In this document: positions 37,701 to 45,097 of the stretch, one piece after another
Layout: each line of letters opens with the position of its first letter
How positions within the stretch are numbered: the stretch's first letter is position 1
Notes under the pieces: model-generated
What the model saw: the letters and a program-made list of their open reading frames with translations, nothing else
Database searches by the model: none
Told to the model about the DNA's origin: nothing
Translations under genes and position numbers: made by a program
Origin: a virus
Taxonomy: Duplodnaviria > Caudoviricetes
Reading direction: 5' to 3' (one strand)
DNA: 55,779 bases
Virus record (IMG/VR): IMGVR_UViG_3300032397_000016
Coordinates: 1-55,779 of that record

Positions 37701-38539
37701 ACGATACCAAGTTGCGAGCGTACACGGATAAATATGGTGCTCATCCCAAAGACTTCAGGACCGCAGTAGGAACGGCCACAGCCGTGGCGGCAATTAAGGA
37801 ACTAGGCCCGCCGCCCAAGCCAACGGGTGATGCAAAGAAGGACATGAAGGCTTACAAGAAACACGTGGCGCTGGTGGCCAATCGCGTGGCCGCAAAACTT
37901 GGCAATACGCCAACCATTGCGCTACAGTCATATATCGACCCAAAGGTATTTCTCCCGTGGCGAAAGCCACTAGTCGCGAGTTTGGCGGGCTATGACCCCA
38001 GCCAACCGCGTGACGGGAGCGGTAGGTGGGACGAGACCGGGGCGGGCAGCGCTGTCAGTGGTGAAGACAAGTTGACGTCTTCGGTCAAGCGGTTTAAGAC
38101 GGGCGACGAGTGGATGCACGCGATGCCGCTGCGCGCTTCGGGTCTAATATATAACTGGGTAGACGACACATCACGAATAAAGGATGACGAGAGCGCGACA
38201 AAGAAGTTCGAGAGTATTATAGCACGCGCCCCTCACCCGAGAGCCACCCTATATCACGGGGCCGCTTTTGCTCATTGGCATACAAGGTTTGCCAAAATAC
38301 GGAAGGGTTCCGTAATTACCGTTGAACGTCCTTCATCATGGACGTCGATGCGAAGTGTAGCACAATCTTTTGGCAGAGGAGGGGTCGTTTTCAAGGTCAA
38401 AACCAACAAGGCGGCGGATATACGCGTTTTTAACCAAGAAGAGGGTGAGTTCATTGTTCCCAGAGGAACAAGGTTCAAAGTTGTAAGCATAAGGAAGGGT
38501 AGATATGAGATGTTCGTCAAACTAAAGGAGGCGTCGTGA
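34772..38539 (+). CDS. Portal polyprotein: DUF935-like portal + ADP-ribosyltransferase + DNA topoisomerase IB + second ART-like domain
   Basis: Portal position after TerL with GWQAFEK.Y, YG.SLL, LVDQLLALNFG. ART1: LYRG/MSTS/EREV.LPRG. TopIB: IPPAW, TGIRPG, YGATTL, KDFRT, LGNT, SYIDP. ART2: LYHG/SSWTS/EGEFIVPRG. Confidence 0.88.
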   Translation: MSRKSGGNGRVRLALSSEARQAIIGPNWIGEPILKDAKETKRPPEAVDKTEEAGEMTAQQVVGSVGIALGGMLPVAMPVSATQYRVIRKHPTVSLVRQYLAAPILAGSWSVDADEDAPDEAVDLIQKHVLPLRYDYLMDSIFGTVDWGWQAFEKIYEYKDGSIVITKLKPLLQDLTTILVLNDTGAFAGVRQDYPRLVTLLTDKVLLVSCRVEGTNWYGTSLLENVRGAYDNWKDVNDSASRFDRKIAGAHWVVHYPPGKSDFRGVRNVDNGEIADIVIAALESSGSIRVPNSLANFVDEMNTKAGATQWIIDIKESSPGQTSGFVDRLKYCDTQMVRSFHMPERVLLETEFGTKADAGTHKDLAVTNLELLDGQFSSAINTQLVDQLLALNFGPEMMGKVRIKPSPLVDVTALMLERMYTQILANPQGFVEEAGNVDWDAVKDRLDIPKSATTTQMGDLTDESEETEGGDEDGSNQDKPIPEGMDTKEIKEVAASLRPFERALRLAGFDPSQVRDESGRWTDMGGGVHTVAMEPSARFQKSKYSWAKPILERHKSEIQKHGRKVSQPSASALIEYQNFGYERVNGALRHGSFGGARDNMREISALDNAMITPAPESMVLYRGLRSTVLRGLRVGKVYTDKGFMSTSWDPDVALRGASAAAYELDEEMVLDVHVPKGFPLAFPSAMGIGGWRREREVILPRGTRYIVRSIDRGYHGGPEVEVFPPKGGFKKTKVVAASLTEDADPGEQFGDELTDCDKSWAEVLESATGDDVLSLAGFDPSQARDEDGKWTALGGGGIETHLKQGGKLPKHITQRIPPAWTDVEINLNPNARNYVRARDAKGRRQLIQNPAFVQAQSDSKFTRVRLLDFAKIHAETVKDAKTDEAAAALLLIQETGIRPGGEKDTGADVQSYGATTLLAEHVKKGGALLTFISGKLHHDPDKPPKTIDMPISDPVVRVMLKERAARAGKGGRLFNTDDTKLRAYTDKYGAHPKDFRTAVGTATAVAAIKELGPPPKPTGDAKKDMKAYKKHVALVANRVAAKLGNTPTIALQSYIDPKVFLPWRKPLVASLAGYDPSQPRDGSGRWDETGAGSAVSGEDKLTSSVKRFKTGDEWMHAMPLRASGLIYNWVDDTSRIKDDESATKKFESIIARAPHPRATLYHGAAFAHWHTRFAKIRKGSVITVERPSSWTSMRSVAQSFGRGGVVFKVKTNKAADIRVFNQEEGEFIVPRGTRFKVVSIRKGRYEMFVKLKEAS

Positions 38540-40860
38540 TGAGTAAAGACCGATTCACGGACTCGGACGACCTTGAAGTCGAGCCGGGTACAGATGTTGA
38601 CATTGAAGACGGAGGTGTCGACGATGAGCCGACGGACTTTTTTGAGTCCGATGACGTCGAGCCGTTGGCCCTCGCACACGACGACGACGACGACGACAAC
38701 GACCCGGACGACGAGTTGCTTCCGGAGACTGACCCGGAAGTTATTGCAACACTTGGATTCGACCCTCTCGACGAGTTGGACCTGCTAGAAGAGGGTGAAG
38801 TGTTGCAGTTAGCGGGATATGACCCCAGCCAGCCGCGCGACGAGGGTGGTAAGTGGACGGACGGCGGAGGTGGCGGCGCGCCGTCTACTGATGAAGAAGG
38901 GTTAGGCGTGCCCCCGAAGAACGCGCCGGAACAATGCAAAGATTTGTTCAGGGCACGTTGGCGCGCATATCAAAATCTACGTAAGGCCAAGACTGCCGAG
39001 GACAAGGTCAAGAACCAAGCGGCTTTCGACAAGGCTACAGCCGACCTTGAGCAAGCCAAGAAGGAGCACCCTGATTGGTTCGTGAAGTCGGAAGAAGACA
39101 AAGCGCGGTGGCGCAAGGCCAAGGAAGACAAGCCGGGACGTATCAAGAGTGGTAGAGGCGACACTCCGGACTACATGAGGATGGGTGCGATTGAATTGGA
39201 AGAAGCATTTAAGAAACGGTTTTCCGCTAAGCAGTTCGACGCCAGTGGCCCGGCCGCACTTGTGGTTGAGGGGGACCCGACTGGTGGTAGCCGACACGTC
39301 CAAACGGCTAAATATATAGCAGTGGAAGCCGAAAGAGTCGACGCTGAGTTCCCGGGCGTTGATTTGCGTATCAATTCTCCGTTTTCGACCGTCATAGAGC
39401 CAGTATCACGTGTGGACGGTCAATATCTGGGAACATACTCCGCCCTGGGGAGTAGGATTCGCATTGCCGGCAAAGGCGGAGACATATCCGCAAAAGAAGA
39501 ACCGTTTACAATAGGTGCTTTCCACGCCACTCACGGGGATTCCAGCACGTGGCGGCACGAACTCGGCCACCATATCCAGTCTACCGTTGTGCAAGACAAG
39601 GCTCTTGACGGGAGATGGAGTGATATGTACGTAAAGCACTCCAGCACGTGGTGGGAAAAGAAGGTGTCCCGTTACTCCGCTACAAATCACCGCGAGGGGT
39701 TCGCGGAAGCGTTCGCGGTGTATACGTCGCCGCTCTATGACCACGCCCATCCCGCGCTTCCGAGAGAGATACATAATTTCATGAAACAGGTTACCGGACA
39801 CATAGAAGAGGGTGAAGTGTTGCAGTTAGCGGGATATGACCCCAGCCAGCCGCGCGACGATAGCGGCAGATGGGATGAGACAGGGGCAGGCGGTGGGCGA
39901 GTGCTTGCGCTGCCTGTACCTCCTAAGAACGCGCCGGAGGCGTGCAAGGATTTATTCCGTGCGCGTTGGAAAGCATATAGTAATCTACGCAAGGCCAAGA
40001 CTCCGGAGGAGAAGGCCGAGAGACAAAAGGTTTTCGACAAGGCCACGGCGGACCTTGACCAAGCCAAGAAGGACCATCCGGACTGGTTTGCCAAGTCAGA
40101 AGAGGACAAGAATAGATGGCGCAAGACGAAAGAGCCAAAGGAACCGAAGGAACCGCCGCGCGTTGAAGAGGGTGCCCAGTCGGATTTTCACGCGCTTCAT
40201 AGCGGGCAAGCGTTGTCGGAAGAGTATGGAAGACGCTTCAAGACTACCGGGGGTGACAGTAGCAAACTGTTTATGGATGAGGGTGACAGTGATTCGTTCA
40301 TAACAGCCCGGCACGTGGCTGCAAATATGGAACGTATGAATAGTGAATGTCCTGGTCTTGGGCTGTCGTGGCGCGGACCTGTGTCCGTTTCTATTACAAA
40401 AGGGGAAACCGTCCACATCCCCAAAACATGGTGGGCGAGTGAATCTTCTGATGCGTGGGGTACATATGCGGCCGCGATGGGTGGAACTATAAGGATGGGT
40501 GCCCGCGCTGATTTTACTGAGCAAGAATTGCCAATAACGGTTGGAAGGTTCCACGCCGCCAACGGCGACGCAAGCGTATTTAGACATGAGTTGGGGCATC
40601 ATGTTGAGTTCGGTCTACCAAAAGAGGTTAATGAAGAGTGGCGTGTTATGTACCACACTAGGGACGCGCCCCAAGGCGGTGAATCACCGGCGCGCACCGC
40701 TTGGTGGACCAAAAAGGTTTCGAGTTACGCGGCTACTAATTATCAAGAGGGGTTCGCGGAAGCGTTCGCCGCTTACACGTCACCGTTGTACAACCATGAG
40801 AAACCCCAACTCCCGAAAGAAGTGCATGACTTTATGAAGAAGATAACCGGGCACAAGTAG
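38536..40860 (+). CDS. Head-associated protein with acidic N-terminus and two tandem zincin (lethal-factor-like) metallopeptidase modules
   Basis: Two copies of leader + helical PPKNAPE domain + RHELGHH...S.Y.ATN..EGFAEAF. Confidence 0.8.
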   Translation: MMSKDRFTDSDDLEVEPGTDVDIEDGGVDDEPTDFFESDDVEPLALAHDDDDDDNDPDDELLPETDPEVIATLGFDPLDELDLLEEGEVLQLAGYDPSQPRDEGGKWTDGGGGGAPSTDEEGLGVPPKNAPEQCKDLFRARWRAYQNLRKAKTAEDKVKNQAAFDKATADLEQAKKEHPDWFVKSEEDKARWRKAKEDKPGRIKSGRGDTPDYMRMGAIELEEAFKKRFSAKQFDASGPAALVVEGDPTGGSRHVQTAKYIAVEAERVDAEFPGVDLRINSPFSTVIEPVSRVDGQYLGTYSALGSRIRIAGKGGDISAKEEPFTIGAFHATHGDSSTWRHELGHHIQSTVVQDKALDGRWSDMYVKHSSTWWEKKVSRYSATNHREGFAEAFAVYTSPLYDHAHPALPREIHNFMKQVTGHIEEGEVLQLAGYDPSQPRDDSGRWDETGAGGGRVLALPVPPKNAPEACKDLFRARWKAYSNLRKAKTPEEKAERQKVFDKATADLDQAKKDHPDWFAKSEEDKNRWRKTKEPKEPKEPPRVEEGAQSDFHALHSGQALSEEYGRRFKTTGGDSSKLFMDEGDSDSFITARHVAANMERMNSECPGLGLSWRGPVSVSITKGETVHIPKTWWASESSDAWGTYAAAMGGTIRMGARADFTEQELPITVGRFHAANGDASVFRHELGHHVEFGLPKEVNEEWRVMYHTRDAPQGGESPARTAWWTKKVSSYAATNYQEGFAEAFAAYTSPLYNHEKPQLPKEVHDFMKKITGHK
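38786..38843 (+). repeat. 58-bp exact direct repeat, copy 1 (encodes the cargo leader)
   Basis: Identical to 39803-39860. Confidence 0.9.
39803..39860 (+). repeat. 58-bp exact direct repeat, copy 2
   Basis: Identical to 38786-38843. Confidence 0.9.
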
Positions 40861-40874
40861 ATAGGAGACCGAAC

Positions 40875-41129
40875 ATGCTTGGCGAACCGAAGTGCTACAC
40901 CAGAAATTGTACGCATTTTCAAGGGGTCAAGAGCGACGCGACGGACGACGAGCCGGAAAAGAACGAGCGCAACGTCTGCGATGCGTTCCCCGACGGCATC
41001 CCCAACGAAATCGCTTACGGGGACAACCCGCACACCGGGCCGGTTGAAGGCGACAACGGTATTACATATGAAGTGGCGCGTCATGCGGGTGCGTCCGATG
41101 TGCCGGAAGACGAACCTGGGGAAGACTAG
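40875..41129 (+). CDS. Small Cys/His protein (C.AFPDGIP..I..G...H..P..GDNGI), candidate immunity protein
   Basis: RBS AGGAG; directly after the peptidase gene; motif I recall occurring beside head-associated toxin domains. Confidence 0.65.
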   Translation: MLGEPKCYTRNCTHFQGVKSDATDDEPEKNERNVCDAFPDGIPNEIAYGDNPHTGPVEGDNGITYEVARHAGASDVPEDEPGED

Positions 41130-42034
41130 TGCCAAAGGTAACCAACAAACAGAGACACCAGGCGCGCTTGCACCTACGGGACACGCGCGCATATGAACTC
41201 CTGGCCATACGCCTGGCCGCGCGCGTGGGCCTGCGCGTGCAACGCCGGGCACTTCAGGGCTACAAGCGCCAAGAGCAAGACTGGGCCAAGCACGCGCTGG
41301 ATGTGTTCACAGAGGTCAAGCCGGTGCTTGTAGACGCGGTGATGTTGGCATATTTCAGGGGGTTGATTCGCGGTAATCTGTCCGGCGGAAAGACCCTCGC
41401 GCTTGCGCGGGGGTTCAGCGCCCTTGACCGCGCAGTGGACGCCGCCGCCGCCCGGCTTAAGGTGAGTAATCGAGTTGTGTCTGCGCTTGCTAGACTTGCA
41501 GACGCACAAGCAATCAAGGTGTTGGATGGCGTGCGTGGAGCCGTCGAGAAAAAACTAGAGGCCGCAGTTGTAGAGATAACCCGGCAAAACCTCCATGTCG
41601 ATGCGGGGGTTAACCTTCTGCGCAAAGCCTTCTTTGCATCCGGCATAAAGCCCACCAACTCATTTCAACTAGAGGCGATATTTAGAACCCAGACACAACT
41701 GGCGTACCAGGCCGGACGTTGGCAGGCAAACCAGGAGCCGGAGATTCAGGAAATCTTATGGGGATATAAGTATGTGACAGTTGGCGACGACCGTGTAAGA
41801 CCAAGCCACCAACTGCTGGAGGGTGTGACGCTTCCCAAAGACCATCCCTTCTGGTTGACAAACTGGCCACCTAATGGCTGGGCGTGCCGCTGCCAAGCCA
41901 TTGAGATATTCGACGAGGTCGATGTGGTCGAGCCGCCAGATGTGACGGAGATAGACGGGGAATGGGTTGTGCCTGGTGCCGACGAGGGATTTGGGTACAA
42001 CGCAGGTGAGTTGTTCCGGGCGTTTCTAGTCTAG
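41129..42034 (+). CDS. Minor head morphogenesis protein, Mu gpF / SPP1 gp7 family
   Basis: IFRT, Y..GR, YVTVGDDRVRPSH..L.G, FW...PPNGWACRC, D.GF.YN.G. Confidence 0.92.
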   Translation: MPKVTNKQRHQARLHLRDTRAYELLAIRLAARVGLRVQRRALQGYKRQEQDWAKHALDVFTEVKPVLVDAVMLAYFRGLIRGNLSGGKTLALARGFSALDRAVDAAAARLKVSNRVVSALARLADAQAIKVLDGVRGAVEKKLEAAVVEITRQNLHVDAGVNLLRKAFFASGIKPTNSFQLEAIFRTQTQLAYQAGRWQANQEPEIQEILWGYKYVTVGDDRVRPSHQLLEGVTLPKDHPFWLTNWPPNGWACRCQAIEIFDEVDVVEPPDVTEIDGEWVVPGADEGFGYNAGELFRAFLV

Positions 42035-42045
42035 GAGGACAGTAG

Positions 42046-42237
42046 ATGCCTATTCCGCAACATGTGCCGATAAGTGAGGTGGCGAGCAAACTGGCGTGCA
42101 GTGAGGATACCGTACGCCGCATGATTCGGTCCGGCAGACTCCCCGCCATACGTCTTAACGGTGGGTACAGAGTGGACGAGGCGTCCGTGCTCGCGCTCGC
42201 GCTCACGCAAAGCCATGTAAAGAAGCCCGGTAAATGA
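42046..42237 (+). CDS. Excisionase-like HTH protein
   Basis: EVA..L.CS..TVRRMI.SG.LPA.R...GYRV. Confidence 0.8.
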   Translation: MPIPQHVPISEVASKLACSEDTVRRMIRSGRLPAIRLNGGYRVDEASVLALALTQSHVKKPGK

Positions 42238-42284
42238 CATGGTATGCAAATGTACGAAAATTGTGCACGCGTTCAGGAAACTAC

Positions 42285-42313
42285 TTGCCGGCGCTTCGTG
42301 AATGGTCGATAAT
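42285..42313 (+). promoter_or_regulatory. Promoter upstream of protease/capsid genes
   Basis: TTGCCG-N17-GATAAT; shares GTCGATAATGC with the terminase promoter. Confidence 0.55.
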
Positions 42314-42382
42314 GCTTACTGAAGAGTGGGACCGTTGCGGAGAGATGCTCATGCGGCCTTGGCGACAAGCAGAGGTATAGTG

Positions 42383-43462
42383 ATGCCACACATAAGCAAA
42401 CACGAGTGGCCCGAGAGCGCCGCCTTGTGCTTTGTCTACAAGGGCAATGCTGCGGTCGCTCTTTCCGCCGAGACGGTTGAGGAAGGCCATCCTGTCCGAT
42501 TGTTCCGCAAGGGACTTATCAAGATTGGCGACTGGTTTAAGAGCGCGGACAATCTCTCATTCACAGTTACCAATGAGTCCCTCCAGCATTGGGCAAGGAC
42601 GTTCAAGGAAATGGTGGCCAACGCTGTCGCCGTTCCCATCATGCTTGGCCACACGCTGGAGGCTGACAAGAGCAGGGGCAAACTTGTAGATGTGTTCGTG
42701 GATGGGGACGAACTGGTTGGCGTACTGAAGATGATAGGGCGGGACGGCATTGACCTGGCCCACAGGACGGATGTCAGTATCTACTCCCCGCCCTCGTACG
42801 TCGACGGCAAGAAGAACACTTACCGCTGGCCCATCACCCATGTTGCTGTGTGTGTGGACCCGGTAATCACAGGGCTCTCCGAGTGGAGCGCGGTGGCGGC
42901 ATCGCTATCGCCGGCACTCATGTTGATGGATGCACAGGCCAAAAGGAGCGACGAAATGGACTGGTCCAAAATCAAGGCGGCGTTGGGTATCACTGAGGAC
43001 ATGGCAGACAAGAATGCGGAGGCGCTCATTCTGTCCCATGTCGAAAAGTTGGCCGTGGACAAAAAGAAGGTCGACGACGACATGGCCGCGCTGAAACTCT
43101 CGCACGCCGGGCGCACGGTCGACCCGCTGTTGGTCACCCTCGGCGCTGAGAACAGAACGGCACGTCTCAATGCGTTGGTGGCCGGTGCCAAGATTACCAA
43201 GGCCGTCCGCGACGGCCTGGAGGGCATCTTCATTGGTAAGGACGGTGCCGCCCTTTCGCTGACTCTCTCACGTGCACCTGTTGGCGATTCGGACCCCGAC
43301 CGGTTCAACGCGCTCTGTCTGGAACTGGCCAAGAATGACGTGGTGGTGCTCAAGGAACAAAGCGGAGCCCAGTTGCTCTCGCTGGCCGGGGGCGGCGGTG
43401 CACCCGGCAAGGCCGACCTGGTGAAAGACGCCGAGGCAAGAGCCGCGGCCGCAAAAGCCTAG
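42383..43462 (+). CDS. Prohead protease/scaffold (Mu gpI-like), with probable internal scaffold start at 42956
   Basis: PIMLGH, DVSI, HVA....P.I.GL; internal AAGGAG-N7-ATG (MDWSKIK). Confidence 0.75.
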   Translation: MPHISKHEWPESAALCFVYKGNAAVALSAETVEEGHPVRLFRKGLIKIGDWFKSADNLSFTVTNESLQHWARTFKEMVANAVAVPIMLGHTLEADKSRGKLVDVFVDGDELVGVLKMIGRDGIDLAHRTDVSIYSPPSYVDGKKNTYRWPITHVAVCVDPVITGLSEWSAVAASLSPALMLMDAQAKRSDEMDWSKIKAALGITEDMADKNAEALILSHVEKLAVDKKKVDDDMAALKLSHAGRTVDPLLVTLGAENRTARLNALVAGAKITKAVRDGLEGIFIGKDGAALSLTLSRAPVGDSDPDRFNALCLELAKNDVVVLKEQSGAQLLSLAGGGGAPGKADLVKDAEARAAAAKA

Positions 43463-43526
43463 ACCCGTCAACACGAGTTGATGGGATACTGTTAGCACCG
43501 GACAAGGAACCAGAAGGAGAGTAGAC

Positions 43527-43883
43527 ATGGCCCCGTACGAAGAGGAAGGCTCGCACCTGAGCGACGTAGTTGCATGGGAAGAGGACAACGATTACTCCCG
43601 TGCAAAGGTCACAATCGTCGCCAGCGAAGTGGTGGTACTCGGCACGATTCTGGAGGCGGTTTCGGGTGGCTACAAGGCCTGCGCGACCGAAGCGAACGCG
43701 TGCGCCATCGCGCTCGCCCCCGCATCGCCCGGCTCCGGCGAAACCATCGACATCCCTGCAATCGTGCGCGAGGCCAAGGTGTTGGCCGACGGCCTCGACT
43801 ACGCCACCGATTCTTTGACCGAGCCCGAAACGAACGCCGCGCTTCTGGCAAAGGGCATCGTGGTTGAAGCGACGGTTGACTAG
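43527..43883 (+). CDS. Head decoration protein (lambda gpD-like)
   Basis: SD.V.WE....YSR..VTI, LG..L, A.AIAL, L..KGIV; immediately before the MCP. Confidence 0.8.
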   Translation: MAPYEEEGSHLSDVVAWEEDNDYSRAKVTIVASEVVVLGTILEAVSGGYKACATEANACAIALAPASPGSGETIDIPAIVREAKVLADGLDYATDSLTEPETNAALLAKGIVVEATVD

Positions 43884-43963
43884 ACCAACGGCGGACTAAG
43901 CGGTTAGTCCACTGCCGTATATTGATGTGAAGAAACGGTAGCCGGGTGACAAGGAGAGAAGCC

Positions 43964-44965
43964 ATGCCTGTGACGCTAACGGACGTTTTCAATTCGGACA
44001 CCTTCAAGGTAACGACCTTGACGGACTCGTTGACCAAACTACCCTTCAAGCCGTCGAGAATCGGCGCGATGGGCCTCTTTCAGGCGAGTGGCATCCCCAC
44101 GACCACACTCGTCGTTGAGGAGAGGGATGGACAACTGGTACTTATCCCGACGCAACCTCGCGGCGCGCCGTCCAACAAACTGGCCAAGACCAAGCGCAGG
44201 GCGCGGTCGTTCCAAGTCGTGCACCTGCCGCTGGAGGACACCGTGCTCGCGGACGACGTCCTGAACGTCCGCGCGTTCGGCTCAGACCAGCCAATGGCCG
44301 GGGTCAACCAGGTGGTCAACGACCGACTTATGGTGATGCGTCAAAGCCACGAAGTCACGCTGGAATACCAGCGGCTTGGCGCGGTGAAGGGCGTTATCGT
44401 GGACGCCGACGGAGCCACCGAGATATACGACCTCTTCGCTGAGTTCGACATCGCGGCTCCCACCATCGACTTCCTGCTCGACGTCGACACAACCAGCGTT
44501 CGGCAGCGAATCATTGCCCTCAAGCGGCTCATGGAGGCCGCGATGGGTGCGTCGATGTATGACCATATCCACGCCTTTTGCGGCGCGGATTGGTTCGACG
44601 CACTCATTGACCATCCTTCGGTCTATGACGCATATGAGCGCTTCCGTGACGGTGAGGCGCTCCGCAACGACCCGCGGAAGGGCTTTGAGTTCGCGGGCAT
44701 CACATTCGAGGAATACCCCGGCACGGTCTCCGGCACCAAGTTCGTGGCCGACAACAAGGCGCACTTCTTCCCCGTCGGCGTGCCCGGTCTGTTCGTCACG
44801 AAGTTCGGCCCGGCCGACTTTATGGAGGCCGTCGGAACGGTGGGACAAGCGCTCTATGCTAAGAGCATGTTGCTCCCACTTGACAAGGGTATCCTTCTGC
44901 ATACCCAGAGCAATCCGATTTCGCTCTGCACGCGGCCCGAAGTGCTCTACACCGCCACTGAGTAA
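43964..44965 (+). CDS. Major capsid protein (lambda gpE family)
   Basis: D.FN...F....LT, MGLF, RGAP, T.EY.R.GA.KG, F.FAGI.FEEY, QSNP...CTRP. Confidence 0.92.
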   Translation: MPVTLTDVFNSDTFKVTTLTDSLTKLPFKPSRIGAMGLFQASGIPTTTLVVEERDGQLVLIPTQPRGAPSNKLAKTKRRARSFQVVHLPLEDTVLADDVLNVRAFGSDQPMAGVNQVVNDRLMVMRQSHEVTLEYQRLGAVKGVIVDADGATEIYDLFAEFDIAAPTIDFLLDVDTTSVRQRIIALKRLMEAAMGASMYDHIHAFCGADWFDALIDHPSVYDAYERFRDGEALRNDPRKGFEFAGITFEEYPGTVSGTKFVADNKAHFFPVGVPGLFVTKFGPADFMEAVGTVGQALYAKSMLLPLDKGILLHTQSNPISLCTRPEVLYTATE

Positions 44966-44988
44966 CCGACGGTGACCCCGGTCGGTGC

Positions 44989-45036
44989 GGGGAGTGCCCG
45001 CATGCCCATCGCTCTTGCGGCGCTCCCCCACCTTTT
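44989..45036 (+). terminator. Possible intrinsic terminator after the MCP
   Basis: GGGGAGTGCC..GGCGCTCCCC stem followed by CCTTTT. Confidence 0.4.
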
Positions 45037-45097
45037 ATAAGTGAATAAGGGACCGTGAGGTCGAATCGACCCGACTTCACACATAGGGAGTGGACAC

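Noticed and set aside
37145-37975. Integrase / tyrosine recombinase
   Set aside because: IPPAW, GIRPG, KDFRT and LGNT..SYIDP are TopIB signatures; there is no HxxR motif or att context.
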